A stretch of DNA of 63,952 bases, the filler included, from Candidatus Eiseniibacteriota bacterium (GTDB taxonomy: Bacteria > Orphanbacterota > Orphanbacteria > Orphanbacterales > Orphanbacteraceae), in assembly GCA_043809585.1 (NCBI GenBank). It is 4 parts of 4 records of this genome, joined end to end, with 100 filler letters (N's around TTAATTAATTAA, not from the genome) between each part and the next. Parts side by side here need not be neighbours in the genome. Positions count along the whole stretch, not along the records: positions 1 to 29,451 come from JBDROZ010000033.1; 3 more parts are not named here. The stretch is one strand, 5' to 3'. How positions within the stretch are numbered: the stretch's first letter is position 1; each line of letters begins with the position of its first letter. A program made the translations under genes and the position numbers. This document shows positions 11,415-25,200 of the stretch, piece by piece. The notes under the pieces were generated by a model that worked only from the letters and a program-made list of their open reading frames with translations, had not been told where the DNA came from and searched no databases.

Positions 11415-12590
11415 TTATTTCTCGAACGACCTCGAACCCAGCATCGTCCGCGCCCAGAGGGGGCGCTGCGAGCGGGTGTAGACGCGCGGGACCCGCCGGC
11501 CGATGGCGAGGGTGATCTCGTAAGGAATGTGATCGGTCTTCTTCGCGAGCTCCGTGACGGTGATCTCCTCCCCCCCCTGGACGCCGATCAGCACCACCTC
11601 GTCGCCGATCCGGACCCCTCCGATCGCACCGCAGTCCACCATCATCGCGTCCATCGTGATCTGCCCGACGATCGGCGCCCGCCTCCCCCGGATCAGCACC
11701 TCCCCCCCGTTCGAGAGTCCCCGGGAATACCCGTGCCCGTACCCGACGGGGACCGTGGCAATCATCGTCGGCGACGGCACCTTGTACGTCATCCCGTAGC
11801 TGATCGTCTCCCCCCCCTCGAAGCGCCGGGCCTGCACCACCCGGCTCTTGAACGAGAGGGCGTTCCGCACCGTCACCCCCGGCGGGAGCTGCCCCGCGTC
11901 GATGTACCCGTACAGGATGATCCCGGGCCGGACCGACGTCTGGAACGAACCGTCCAAACCCCACGCCACGGCGGCCGAATTCGCCGCGTGCACCTCCGGC
12001 GGGTCGATCCCCTCGGCGAGCATCGCTGCGAGCAGCCGGTCGAAGGAGCGCACCTGTTCGAGAGAGAACGAGACGTCGTCCTTCTCCGTCGCCGGAAAGT
12101 GGGTGTACACACCGGCGAGTTCGATCCCTTCGAGGCCGCGAAGCTCCTTCAGGAAGGGGAGGGCGTCACGGGAGAAGATCCCCCACCGGCCCATCCCCGT
12201 GTCGATCTCGACCTGGTAGCGGCCGAAGACGCCCGCCTCCCGGCAGGCCGCGGCGTACTCCCGGGCGAAATCGGGATCGACAATGGACGGCTCGATTTCG
12301 TAGCGGAGAACCCGCTCCGCCTCGCCGGACATGGGCGGGTTGAACATGAGGATCGGAAGATCGACGCCCGCCTCCCGGAGCTCCACCGCCTCGTCGAGCG
12401 TCGCCACGCCGAAGCGATTCACGCCGTGCCGGGCCGCCTCGTGGGCGACGGCGACGGCGCCGAGGCCGTACCCGTCCGCCTTCACCACCATCAGGATGCC
12501 CCGGGCGGGGCCGATGATCTTGCGGATCTCACGGCAGTTGTGGCCGATCCCGTCGAGATCGACCTCTGCCCAGACCGGATAGCGGTCCAT
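11415..12590 (-). CDS. alr: Alanine racemase
   Basis: WAEVDLDGIGHN, PLP lysine motif VVKADGYGLG, IDTGMGRWG, GVYTHF, HAANSA, VRPG, PVGYGHGY, IPYEI; GGAGG RBS before ATG 12590. Confidence 0.96.
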   Translation of the reverse strand: MDRYPVWAEVDLDGIGHNCREIRKIIGPARGILMVVKADGYGLGAVAVAHEAARHGVNRFGVATLDEAVELREAGVDLPILMFNPPMSGEAERVLRYEIEPSIVDPDFAREYAAACREAGVFGRYQVEIDTGMGRWGIFSRDALPFLKELRGLEGIELAGVYTHFPATEKDDVSFSLEQVRSFDRLLAAMLAEGIDPPEVHAANSAAVAWGLDGSFQTSVRPGIILYGYIDAGQLPPGVTVRNALSFKSRVVQARRFEGGETISYGMTYKVPSPTMIATVPVGYGHGYSRGLSNGGEVLIRGRRAPIVGQITMDAMMVDCGAIGGVRIGDEVVLIGVQGGEEITVTELAKKTDHIPYEITLAIGRRVPRVYTRSQRPLWARTMLGSRSFEK

Positions 12591-12670
12591 GGTCACCTCC
12601 AAGCGGAGCCTACCGGAGGGGTGTTTCCCGCCAAGCCGCCGGCCGAGGACGGGCCCGGGGGACGGAGACC

Positions 12671-13171
12671 TCAGGACTTCGGGTTGAGTACACTCCTCTT
12701 CCAGACCCACTCTTCGTCCCGGGGCTCCCCGTTATCCTCCCCCTCGATCCGGACCCGGAGCTTCCGGCCGTCGAGACGATAGGAGATGCTCCGCGGGTAG
12801 TCGTGGTCCGGGTTCTCGAAGATCGCCCGCTTCTCCCCCCGCTCGACGAGCAGGAACGAGGTTTCCTCCCCCCCCGCGGGCCTCGCCACGTAGACGACGT
12901 GGTCCCTTCTCCCCTCGATGCGAAGGAACTCGAAGAAGACCCCTCCCGTGGGAAAACGGTCCCGGTGCATCCCGAGCATGAGATCTCCCGCCGGAGAGAG
13001 CCAGACCTCCTCCATGACCACGCCGTCCTCCTCCCCCACCCATGCCCCCGCCATCCAATCGAGCCCGGAGAGCTCGCCCGTCTCCGCCGCCCGCCGGGCG
13101 CCGAAGTGGAGCAGCGCGCCGATCACGAGGGCGCCGGCGAGAAGGACGATGGCGATCGCGCGCGTCTTCAT
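12671..13171 (-). CDS. Secreted/periplasmic protein, DUF6265-like
   Basis: Signal peptide MKTRAIAIVLL; LDWMAGAW...EEVW...FFEFLRI...FENPDHDYPRSISY pattern. Confidence 0.7.
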   Translation of the reverse strand: MKTRAIAIVLLAGALVIGALLHFGARRAAETGELSGLDWMAGAWVGEEDGVVMEEVWLSPAGDLMLGMHRDRFPTGGVFFEFLRIEGRRDHVVYVARPAGGEETSFLLVERGEKRAIFENPDHDYPRSISYRLDGRKLRVRIEGEDNGEPRDEEWVWKRSVLNPKS

Positions 13172-13182
13172 AGGGCCCTTCC

Positions 13183-13953
13183 TCAGGTGCGAAGATACGA
13201 GGCGCCGTTTACGTCGACGATGCAGCCCGTGGCGTAGTCGGCCCGGCCCGACGCGAGGAAGACGACGGTTTCGGCGATCTCCTCGGGAGTCGAGGCGCGC
13301 CGGAGCGGGCTCTGGTTCCGGATCTCCTCCCCCCCGGCCCCCTCGAGGTACTCCTTCGCCATGTCCGTCTCCACCCAACCCGGGGCGACGGTCATGACGT
13401 AGACCCCCCGGGGACCGAGGGCCTTCGCGAGGGATTGTCCGGCGGCGTTCAGGCCCGCCTTGCTGGCGCCGTAGGCGGGCGCCTCCGGCTCTCCCCGGAA
13501 TGCGCCCCGGGAGGTGACGTTCACGATGTGCCCCCCGCCCGACTCCGCCATCCGGCGGCCGGCGAGGTACATGAGATTCGCCGGACCGGCGAGGTTCACG
13601 GCGAGGTGCTTCTCCCAGTGACGCCTCCACCGGTCGTAACCGACGTCGAAGATCGGAGCGGGATCGAAGAGGCCCGCGTTGTTCACGAGCACGTGGGGAC
13701 CGCCGAGTCGATCCGCCGCGAGATCGACGAGCCTCCGCGCCTCTTCCGGATCGGCGAGGTCGGCGGGGAAGGCCTCGTGCCCTTCCCCCTCGAGAAGGGC
13801 GAGCGTCCGCTCCGCCTCCTCCCGCCGCGCCCGGTAATGGACCGCCACCCGGGCCCCCCGCGCCGCGAGGGCCACCGCCACGGCCCGGCCGATCCCGCGG
13901 GAGGCCCCGGTGACGAGCGCCGTCCGTCCTCCGTAGTCCCGGTTCTCGGTCAT
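13183..13953 (-). CDS. SDR family oxidoreductase (FabG-like)
   Basis: TGASRGIG Rossmann motif, LVNNAG, catalytic YGASK, VAPGWVETDM, VDVNGAS. Confidence 0.92.
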   Translation of the reverse strand: MTENRDYGGRTALVTGASRGIGRAVAVALAARGARVAVHYRARREEAERTLALLEGEGHEAFPADLADPEEARRLVDLAADRLGGPHVLVNNAGLFDPAPIFDVGYDRWRRHWEKHLAVNLAGPANLMYLAGRRMAESGGGHIVNVTSRGAFRGEPEAPAYGASKAGLNAAGQSLAKALGPRGVYVMTVAPGWVETDMAKEYLEGAGGEEIRNQSPLRRASTPEEIAETVVFLASGRADYATGCIVDVNGASYLRT

Positions 13954-14120
13954 TCGTACCTGCCCTCGGTGCGCCGGCACCGGCATCGAGTCATCCCGCA
14001 CCCTCCGAGGGACCCGCCCCGAACGGAAAAGAGGCGCACCCACTCGCGGCCCTCCGGCCGGAAATGAAGCGCCCCCCGATCTTCGGGGAATGACCCTCGG
14101 TCCCGTCGGCCCGGCCGGGC

Positions 14121-15959
<1,839 letters not shown>

Positions 15960-16164
15960 TTAACGGGGGAATACGTCATATTCAATCGAGAATAAATAAG
16001 AAATGCCCATGGCCGTCGGAAAAGCGGAGAGGAGTCGCTCCCGTCGTCCCGGTCCCGAGGGGGCTCTCCCCCGGTCGGGCCCGCCCCGCCGGAGCCGGGG
16101 GATGGGCGGTGACCGGCCGGAGCGCCCTGTGATACCCTGGGTCCATTCCCCACGAGGAGAGGGC

Positions 16165-16965
16165 ATGAACGAGAATGAGAAGGCGGCGCGGGCGGGAGAG
16201 CTGTTTGCCGAGCTCGTGGAGCTGGTCGCGCGGCTTCGCGGCCCGGGAGGGTGTCCTTGGGACCAGAAGCAGACCTACGAGACGATCCGACCCCACTTTC
16301 TCGAGGAGGCCCATGAAGCGGCGGAGGCCCTCGCCCTCGAAGACTGGGACGAATTCCGGGAGGAGATCGGTGACACCCTCTTCCTCGCCGCCTTTCTCGT
16401 CCGTCTCGCCGAGGAGGAGGGCCGGTTCTCGATCGCCGACTCGATCCGGGCCATCCTGGACAAGATGATCCGGCGCCACCCCCATGTCTTCGCGGAAGCG
16501 ACGCCGGAAAACGAGGCGGAGATCCGCCTCACCTGGGAAGAGGTGAAGCGCCGGGAGAAGGGGAAGAAGGAGAGGGAGTCGATTTTGGACGGCATCCCCA
16601 CCTCTCTTCCCGCGCTGCTCCGCGCGAGGCGGGTCCAGCAGAAGGCGGCCAACATCGGCTTCGACTGGCCCGACGAGGCCCCCGTCCTCGACAAGATCGA
16701 CGAGGAACTCCGGGAACTCCGGGAGGCTCTCGAGGGCGGAGGCCGGAATTCGGTGGAGGAGGAGATCGGCGATCTTCTCTTCTCGGTGGTCAATCTCGCC
16801 CGATGCCTCGATGTGGACCCCGAAGTCGCCCTGAACCGCACCACCCGCAAGTTCCGCGACCGATTCCGCCGGATCGAAGATCGGATCGACCTTACCGATC
16901 CCCCCCCGCTCGAGGAACTCGACCGGCTTTGGGATGAAGCGAAGTCCGAAGAGCGCCCGGACTAG
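16165..16965 (+). CDS. mazG: Nucleoside triphosphate pyrophosphohydrolase MazG
   Basis: LRGPGGCPWDQKQT, EEAHE, EEIGD, KMIRRHPHVF, GFDWP, EEIGDLLFSVVN; AGGAG RBS. Confidence 0.95.
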   Translation: MNENEKAARAGELFAELVELVARLRGPGGCPWDQKQTYETIRPHFLEEAHEAAEALALEDWDEFREEIGDTLFLAAFLVRLAEEEGRFSIADSIRAILDKMIRRHPHVFAEATPENEAEIRLTWEEVKRREKGKKERESILDGIPTSLPALLRARRVQQKAANIGFDWPDEAPVLDKIDEELRELREALEGGGRNSVEEEIGDLLFSVVNLARCLDVDPEVALNRTTRKFRDRFRRIEDRIDLTDPPPLEELDRLWDEAKSEERPD

Positions 16966-17078
16966 CCAGACGCCCGTTCCCCCCGGTCCACCAAGATCAG
17001 ATCCGCCGTGGGAAGAGGGTTCCTGTACTCCGAAACCCTTTTCCCGCAGCGGGGGCAGTTCTTCCCCCGCTCCGTCAT
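16962..17078 (-). pseudogene. 38-codon ORF resembling the N-terminus (zinc ribbon + YRNP motif) of a NUDIX hydrolase
   Basis: MTERGKNCPRCGKRVSEYRNPLPTADLILVDRGERASG* with GGAGG RBS; no Nudix box follows. Confidence 0.5.
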
Positions 17079-17273
17079 CCGGACCTCCCCCCTCCGCCTT
17101 CCAGGGGCCCGCCAGGACAACGATCCCCGTCCGGGACTGAGCAGGGGACCGGGGGACCACCGAACCGGCCACGGGACCGTCGTGCGGGATCCGCGCGCTC
17201 TCTCTCCCCGTGGGCTGCCCGGCTACCTCCGGCCAACTGTGGACCGGTACCGGCAGTTTTCTTGCTCCCATAG

Positions 17274-17301
17274 AAAAAGGGGCGCCCCTGGGGACGCCCC
17301 T
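17274..17301 (-). terminator. Rho-independent terminator after PorV-OmpA gene
   Basis: Minus strand AGGGGCGTCCCCAGGGGCGCCCCTTTTT hairpin plus U tract. Confidence 0.8.
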
Positions 17302-17323
17302 CGAAAACACTTTCGATCGCCGC

Positions 17324-19003
17324 CTAGTTCAGGCGGTGAACCTCGACGCGCCGGTTCTGGAGCCGGCCGGACTCGGTGTTGTTGTCCGACACCGGCTTGG
17401 TCTCGCCGTGACCGACCGCTTTCAGCCGCGTCGCGTTGATGCCGTTGTCGGCCAGATACTTCATGACCGTGTTCGCCCGGCGCTCGGAGAGCTTCTGGTT
17501 GTAGTCGAGCGAGCCCTGGCTGTCCGTGTGGCCCTGGATCTCGATCGCCACGTCCGGATTCGCCTTCATGGCCCGGACGACCTCGTCCAAAATCTTCTCG
17601 GAACCAGGCTTCAGGGTGGCGCTGTTGAACTCGAAGTTCACGCCGTTCAGGACTTCTTTCGGAGCGATGTCCGGGCAGCCGTCCTCGTCCTGGAATCCGT
17701 TGTACGTCTCGGCGTTGTTCGGGCAGCGGTCGACGGCGTCCAGGATGCCGTCCTGGTCGTTATCGACGTCGGGGCAACCGTCCTTGTCCTCGAAGCCGTC
17801 GAAGTCCTCCGGCTCGTGAATGCAGTTGTCGTACACGTCGAGAATGCCGTCGTTGTCCTGATCGTCTTCCTCGGGGCAACCGTCGGCGTCGTCGATTCCG
17901 TCGAAGTCCTCCGGCTCGTCCGGGCAGGAATCCAACTCGTCGATGATGCCGTCGCCGTCATTGTCCATGTCCGGGCAACCGTCCTCGTCCTCGAAACCGT
18001 CGAAGTCCTCGGGCGAGTTGGGGCACTGATCGTCGTAGTCCGCGATACCGTCACCGTCCCGGTCCCGCTCGCGCTCGCCGAAGGCCAGGTTGAGAGAGAT
18101 CCGGTGGTTGTTCCCGAAGGCCTCCTCCATCTCGTCGATGAAGGCGTAGTCCAATCCGATCCCGTAGAACCTCGGAATCTTCAGACCCACACCGGCCGTG
18201 TACGAGTTGTCCTGGTGGTCCCGCCCGACGTCGCTCACACCGGCGCGGATCTCCAGCATATAACCCGGGTAGTACTCGAACCAGGCCTCGGCGCCGAGAT
18301 GATAGAGGGTCTCGTCGTTCTCGGTCTGTTCCAAATCAGCCGCAATGAGCAGGTCGCCGATCGGATTCACCGCGACACCGGCCCGCAGGTTGTACGGGAG
18401 CACTTCGTCGCCGATCTTCGCGTGCACGTCCTGCATGGCCAGACCGAAGTTCAGCCGGTCCCCCGCCTCGAAGAAAGCGCCCAGATCGAAGCCGCCGCCC
18501 GACTCGGACTCGCCGTCGATCTTCTGGTCGAAGATCTTGCCGGTGACTCCGAAACCGAAGGGACCGTACTGACGCGCCAGAGAGAGAAGGATCAGGTTGT
18601 CGGAGATGTCGAAGTCCCCGTCAGAAGCGCCGACCCCTTCCCGGCGCTCGAATCCGTCCCAACCCGCGTTCGTCCAGCCAACGCCGACCGAAGCGAGAGA
18701 GAAGCTCTGGGCATAGCCGAAGAAGTTGTGGCTCCGGTCGAAATCATAGCCGCCCGTGTACATGAACGTGAAGGCGAGATTGTCGACCCAGGCCAGACCG
18801 GCCGGGTTCCAGACCGTTGCCGTCGGGTCGTTGGCGATCGCCACATAAGCGCCACCCATTCCGAGAGCACGGGCGCCGACACCGATCCGACTGTAAGCAG
18901 CCGCATGGTTGCTATCGGCGAAGGCAAAGCCCACACTCGCCATCAGGAGCGCGACGGATCCGACGACCGCGAGAAACGGTACACCTTTGCCTCGAAACCG
19001 CAT
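17324..19003 (-). CDS. Outer-membrane protein: PorV/UPF0164-like beta-barrel + four TSP type-3 Ca-binding repeats + OmpA-like peptidoglycan-binding domain
   Basis: AGGAGG RBS; signal peptide; GVGARALGMGGAYVAIANDPTATVWNPAGLA; HRISL end of barrel; DxDGDGIxDxxDxCP repeats; OmpA motifs NFEFNSA, GHTDSQG, LSERRA, NRRVE. Confidence 0.88.
   Translation of the reverse strand: MRFRGKGVPFLAVVGSVALLMASVGFAFADSNHAAAYSRIGVGARALGMGGAYVAIANDPTATVWNPAGLAWVDNLAFTFMYTGGYDFDRSHNFFGYAQSFSLASVGVGWTNAGWDGFERREGVGASDGDFDISDNLILLSLARQYGPFGFGVTGKIFDQKIDGESESGGGFDLGAFFEAGDRLNFGLAMQDVHAKIGDEVLPYNLRAGVAVNPIGDLLIAADLEQTENDETLYHLGAEAWFEYYPGYMLEIRAGVSDVGRDHQDNSYTAGVGLKIPRFYGIGLDYAFIDEMEEAFGNNHRISLNLAFGERERDRDGDGIADYDDQCPNSPEDFDGFEDEDGCPDMDNDGDGIIDELDSCPDEPEDFDGIDDADGCPEEDDQDNDGILDVYDNCIHEPEDFDGFEDKDGCPDVDNDQDGILDAVDRCPNNAETYNGFQDEDGCPDIAPKEVLNGVNFEFNSATLKPGSEKILDEVVRAMKANPDVAIEIQGHTDSQGSLDYNQKLSERRANTVMKYLADNGINATRLKAVGHGETKPVSDNNTESGRLQNRRVEVHRLN
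17669..18064 (-). repeat. Four ~33-aa thrombospondin type-3-like repeats (intragenic)
   Basis: DRDGDGIADYDDQCPNSPEDFDGFEDEDGCPD and three similar units. Confidence 0.85.
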
Positions 19004-19162
19004 TGTACTGATCCTCCTCTCGCAGGGATCACCCTTGGTCTCCGGGCGATCCTTGCCGGACCGTCCGAAGTCAATCCCCAACGTAAACACCTCGTTTAAG
19101 AAACCTGCCAATCTTTTCACCGATCGTTTCATTGAACGTCTTTCGTTCCGCATTCCCACTCG

Positions 19163-19265
19163 AGAGGGCCTCCTCCGGAGGAAGCGCCCTCCCCGCTTTC
19201 GAGGGCCACCGCTGGCCCTCGAAGGCGGGGACGGCCGGGGGGGAGACGAACTCCCCCCCGGGCCC
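19163..19265 (-). terminator. Cluster of GC-rich hairpins downstream of the giant gene
   Basis: Hairpins CCGGGGGGGAG/CTCCCCCCCGG (19235-19261), CCCCGCTTTCGAGGGCC/GGCCCTCGAAGGCGGGG (19191-19230) and GAGGGC/GCCCTC; no strong U tract. Confidence 0.45.
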
Positions 19266-19275
19266 CGTGTTTCTA

Positions 19276-22200
19276 TCAGTTCTTGCGGACCGCGATCTTG
19301 ACGCTCGCAGTCTTCACACCGGCACCGTCGTCCACGCTGATGTGGGCGAGGTAACCGCCGTTCGCGACCATCGTTCCGCCATTCGTGGAGCCGGACCACT
19401 CGAGTTCGACCAAACCGGGTTTCTCGGTCGTGGTCGGCATCGCATAGACCAGGTCTCCGGCGAAGTCAAAAACCTTGACCGTCACCCGCGCATCCCGCGT
19501 ACCGCCGAGATTGAAGCGGATGTTGGCGCGGTTTTCCTGCGGATCCACCGGGTTCGGGAAGACGTAGGCGTCCGTGATCTGCAGCACCGAGCTGCCCGCG
19601 GTGAACGTGTGGCTCGCCACGAACTCGTTGCCGATCACGTCGCTGCCTTCCATGACCAGGTTGTAGGTTCCGGCCTTGCCCAGACCCATGAGGGTCATGG
19701 TGATCTTGTCCCCTTCGATATTCCAGTCCTTCACGTGGTCCACGACATTCTGCGCGGCTTCCGCCGTCGCATCGTCCGTCGAAGCCGTGTCGGCCGGATC
19801 GAAGGTGGCCGGGTAGAAGCTGAACACCTGACCGTCGGGACCGTTCAGCGACACCATCAGGGCCTCGTAGTCGATGCCGGAGCCGGCGCTGGAAGCACCG
19901 CTCGAATCGACGACCACGGCGACCACCGGGATCTCGCTGTTCGGAGCCACGACGGAGCGCATGACCGGCGAGAGGAATACGATCCTCGGAGCGGACGCGT
20001 CGATGATGAACCGGCGGGCCACGAACTGGCTGCCGACGTTACCGACGCAGTCGAAGGGACCGAAGACGTACTTCGTGAACTCCTCGTCGTCATCCTCACC
20101 GCCGCCGCCGCCGCCGAGCCCGACGAGTTGGCCGATATTGGAGTCGAAGCCGATGTGCTCGAGCTTGGAGCTGTAGAGCACGACCTCGATCTCCCGGCCG
20201 TTGTACTTCGCCAGGTCCGCGGTCAGAGGCAGAGTGACCATCAGATTGTCGCTCGGATCATAGTACGTCTCGTCGTCGCAACGCGACGCGTCCGAGTACG
20301 GGCACATGGGCGGTGTGAACGTCAACATGGCCGGCGTCCCCGCCTGGATCAGCATCCGCTCCGCGTACTCGTCGATATCGGTCTGGTCGTCCTCGTTGTC
20401 CACGAGCCAGACGTCCATCTTCAGGCCCATGTCCTGAAGCGGGATGAACGTGTCGGCCCCGAACGTGATGCCGAGTCCGCCGAGACCCTGAGTGCCCGTC
20501 GTATCGATCCAACCCCAGGCGGAGCCGCCGATGAATTCGGGCAGGGTCCCGTAGATCAGATTGAGAACCGCCTCGATCCGCGATTCCTCGGTCAGCACGC
20601 CGGCCTCGAGGTCGGTGAGCTGGACCGTGAGCGCGTGCTTGTCGCCGCCGACGTAGCAGTCGACGCCGCCCACGCACGGGCCGTTCAGGAATCCGCCGGA
20701 CCAGGCGACCTGGACGGGCACCACATCAACCATGAACTCCCTGCGGAGGTTGAAGTAGTAGTCCTCGTCCTCGTTCCGGTAGATCACCACGATCTCGTGC
20801 TTCCCGCCGGAGAGACGGTCCGCCGTGAGGGTCGAGTGGTGGTACCGGAAGGTCACCGAGTACTCCTCGTCTTCAACCACTTCGAGACGGAAGAAGCCGT
20901 TCCCGACCGCGAAGCCGTAGATATCCGGCAGGTCCGGATCATCGTAATGGTCGTCGAGATCGCTCCGGTCTTCCACGTCGTCGTCCGCGGACGCCACGAG
21001 CTGGTTGTCGATCCAGATCTCGATGTCCGGGAAGTCGATCGTCGCTTCCGCCATGAAGTCCGTGATCGTACCGACAAAGGTGGGCGACTCGCTCGTGTAG
21101 CCGTCGCACCACGGGTAGATGTTCATCTGGCTGCCGCCGGTGATGCCCACCAGGCTCCAGGTGTAGTTCCCGCAGAGGTCCTCGGCGTAGAACGTCACCG
21201 TATTGGCCGCGGTGTCGACGACCACGTCGTTGGTGTAGTAGTTCACCCAGTGGGAGCCGTCCCACCACGCGGGCAGCAGGCCGGTCAGTTCATCCACGAC
21301 CACTTCCCGTCCGATCCAGTCGGTCACCGTCAGGTCCTCGTCGGAGTACCCGAAGGTGATCTTCGCCGGGTAGCCGTCGTTGAAGCTGCTGCAGCTCTCG
21401 CCGGCGCAGTTGATCAGGTGGAGCTGATACGCCTGCCCGATCGGCCGGATGAAGAACCGCTGGTCGTCCCAGGACGAGGAGACCGGCGTGTGGGTCGTGG
21501 TCATAAGGAGACCGCCGTTCACGCCGTTCCCGGCGCGGATCTGGACCGTCGGGTATTCATAACCCGGAATCGAGACCCAGCCGTTCGTGCCCCGTCCGTT
21601 CGTGACCTCCCAGACCGCGATCGTCTTCCGGATCACGTCGGTCTGGATGTAGCCGTCCTCGTCGTTCACGGTGCCGCTGTCCTCGACCACCGCCGCGTTG
21701 ATGTAGACCATCCCGCCGCATCCGATCGAATCGAGCAGACCGTTCACGGTCGAGCCGCCCCAGAGGTAAGGATCGAGATCGGAGCCGTTGTTCATCGGAT
21801 CCATCTCGACGATCTCCTCGAAACCCCAGCCGTCGCGCGCGCGGACCGCGTTCACGAGCACCCAAGGTTTGGCGATGGAGAACCAGTCCTCCGAAATCTG
21901 ATCGCTCACCTTGACCTCGATCTGGAAGTTGCTCTCGAAGTCCGGAATCAGCTCCGCCAGGTTGAAGGCGAGCCACGGCGTGCCGTCCGGATGGACCGTC
22001 GCGAGGTCCCGTCCGAAGCGGTTCGCCACGATCGTGGCCGTCACGATCGGCGGGTTCTGATCGAAGTAGAGCACGTCACGGTTGTCGCCCGACGAGGGCT
22101 TCAGCGTGATGGCCACCGCCCGGAGGTCGAGTGTGTCGCCGATCTGGAAGTACGTCTCGGGCCCGATCTCCATCGTCGCATACCAGAGCGAGTCGTCGTA

Positions 22201-25200
22201 GACGCTGCTCCGCTGCATGCCGAAGGTGATCCAGCCGTCCGCTTCCACCTTGCCGGCGAAGCCGTCGCCGCCGCCGTCACCGATGTCGGAGCCGTGGAGG
22301 CGATACTGGAACATGACCTCGTCCACGTCCTGGGTGCACCACTTGGTGGCGTACACGGTGACGTTCGTCGTGACGTTGATGTCGTTCAGGACGTAAGGCT
22401 TCCAGCAGATGACGGCGGCGCGCGGAGCGGCGTCGTCGATCACGTGGATCCGGGTCCACGGGCTGACGCCCACGTTCTTGCATTCGTCGATGGCCCGCGC
22501 CCGGACGAAGTAGTCGCCCGCCGCGAGAGACGTCGTGTTCCACTGAGCCGAGTAAATGCCGTCGCCTTCGTCCGGCTCACCCAGATCGATGTGGTACACG
22601 GTGCCGGTCGAATCCGCGGCGACCTCGAAGAAGACCGAATCGATACCGGTCTCCAGACTGCCCGGAATGTTCTGTTCGTCGTCGAAGACGGTCGCAAAGA
22701 GAGTGATCGGCTCACCCTGGGTCACATCGACAATCACGCCGTTGTTGATCGGGTAAACCACGGTGGTCTCTTCGTTGTCCTGGTTCCAGCGAACCACCTC
22801 GACCCGCGTCATGTTCACGTCCGGCGCGTCGATGTCGACGACGATCTCGGTCGCGAGATTGTACGTCGCCGAGTTGCAGGCCGAATCGGACACGGTGACG
22901 CGGAAGTCGTACTTTCCGCTGCTCTCTCCGGCGTCCGTGATGTTCCAGGTGGCCGTGTAGTAACCGGTCCCCCGGTCGTAGAGCCAATTACTGATCGAAT
23001 CGGCCCGCCACGCCGTGGTGTCCTCGACGGTCAGCTTGTACTCGAACACTACGCCTGACTGGTCCGTTCCTCGGAAGATGTCGTCATACACGCCATTCAG
23101 CGCCATGACGATGAGCGGCATCACCTGATGGACTCCGCTCTCGTCGTACACGAACGGGCAGGTCTGGCTGCTCGGAGCGACCAGCTCGACCACCGGAGCG
23201 GTCCGATCGATGATCAGGGTCACGACGGCCGGATCGGGGCAGATGTTGCCGACGTCGTCCCAGGCGACCACGCGCCAGTAGACCGGGCCTTCGGCGATCT
23301 GATCGGAATCCCAGTCGTTCAGATACCACCAGAAGTCGCCGTACTCCACGAGATCCTGATCGGCCGCGATCCAGTTCTCCATGTCCGTGGAGTACTCGAA
23401 CCGCGCACCCTCGACGTCCGTGTCCCCGTTCGGGATCATGGCGGAGAGGGAGGCGAATCCGCGGATCCGCTCGTTTTCGGGCTGCTCGATGTCGTCTCCG
23501 GTCTGGCAGACGTTCCGGGTCAGGTGAGTGATGGTCGCGCAGGGGGCCGTGTTGTCGAAGATCTCGATCGTAACGCCGCGGCCCGCGAGCCACTCGGTGC
23601 AAGGATCGGTGCCGTTGCAGACCAGGTCCTCGCCGATCGCGATGATGTCGTACTTGTTCCCGACCTCGAGGGGCGTGTCGTTCATCCACGACGCCCACTC
23701 CCAGCTGTACGGCCGGTTGTCGTCCGGATTCTCATCCGTGTCGTCCACGCCGTAGTAGCCGTTCGTGGAGTCCATGAACGTCCAGCAGTCGAGGCAGCCG
23801 TCGAAGCAGTCCGCGTCCCCGTGGTTCCGGATGTACCAGTAAACGACCACGTCCTCGGTGGTCGTGGGCGTGACCGCGGTCAGGCGCACCTCGGAACCGC
23901 GCTCCACCTGCACGGTGGTGCCGGCGGCTCCGGGCGAGGTGACCGTGACGGTCGGCGCCAGGTTGTCGACCACGAAGGAGTAGCTGTTCGTCGGGATCTC
24001 GACGTTGTTCTCGAGGTCCACGGCCCACACGATCACTGTGTAGGCCCCATCCGGCCAGAGGAGCTGTCCGTAGTTGTCCAGCGAGAGAGTGTTCCAGCCG
24101 ATCTGGTACTCGCCGTCGGAGTACTCGCCGAAGGCGGTCTTCACGATGCCGTCGTCGATGTCCACGGCGCCGATCATGACCGTATCGCCGCCGGCGACGG
24201 TAGCGAAGTAGACCGTGGCGACGCCGGAGTCACAGCCGGCCGTCACCGCGTGCAGCACGATGCCACCCGCGAAGTAGACAGTCTGGTTGTTCAGCACCGT
24301 CTCGGTCACCTCGCGCGGGAAGGTGCAGTCGTTCTCGCTCACGTCGACCAGCCGAGTGTTCTGCGGAGGCAGCTTATCCTCGAGACGGATCGTCTGGCTG
24401 CACACGCCCCGGTTCCCCGGGGTGTCATACACCCAGGCGTAGACATTCACGTCCGTATCGAGACAGCACTCTTCCGGAGTGGTCCAGACGATCTCGGCGG
24501 ACCACTTGTTGCACGGGCAGTCGATCGAGTCGGCCACCGCGTTCACGGAGCCGATCACGATCGTGTCGCCGCTCCAGGGAGCGACGTACCAGAAGACGAG
24601 GTGGGTCACGTCGGTCAGGTTGTCGGTACCGAGCCAGTTCAAGGTCACGTCGTCGCCCGCCGTGACCTGGCCGATCTCCCCGTCCGCGATCGCGTCGTTC
24701 CCGAAGAAGAGACAGGTGGGATCGGTATCGTCCCACGCGGCCACGAAGATCTCCGGATCGAGGGCGTTGTCGTTGCAGGCGTAGTCCGTGGCCAGCACCC
24801 GCCACTCGTAAATCGTGTCCGAGAGCGCGTCGCTGAAGTCTTCCACGTCGTCCGCGTCGATGTTGTACCACCAGTAGTAATAGGTGGTGCCGCCCTGGAC
24901 CATGGTGTGCTGCGGCTCGTAGTCGAGCCAAATCTCGGCGTCATCGTCGTAGAACTCGAAGTTGTCCCAGTCGCCGAGGTCGTTCCAGTTGTCCCGGGCG
25001 CGCCGGTTCTGGAGGACCATGGACGCCACGTCCGAGTGCGACGTGTAGACCTGAATGGTCAGATCGCCCGTGACCGGATCGGTGACGATGACCGGAGTGT
25101 TGTCCGGCGCGCCGGACGGATCGTCGTCGTCATCCCAGTAGAGCTCGGAATCCATCAGATCGACGAGCGAGTAGGTCACGGCCGGATTCCTGCGGTCGAC

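Noticed and set aside
10085-11515. Short ORFs across the palindromic element
   Set aside because: No conserved frame between the two arms (indels), no RBS or domain signal.
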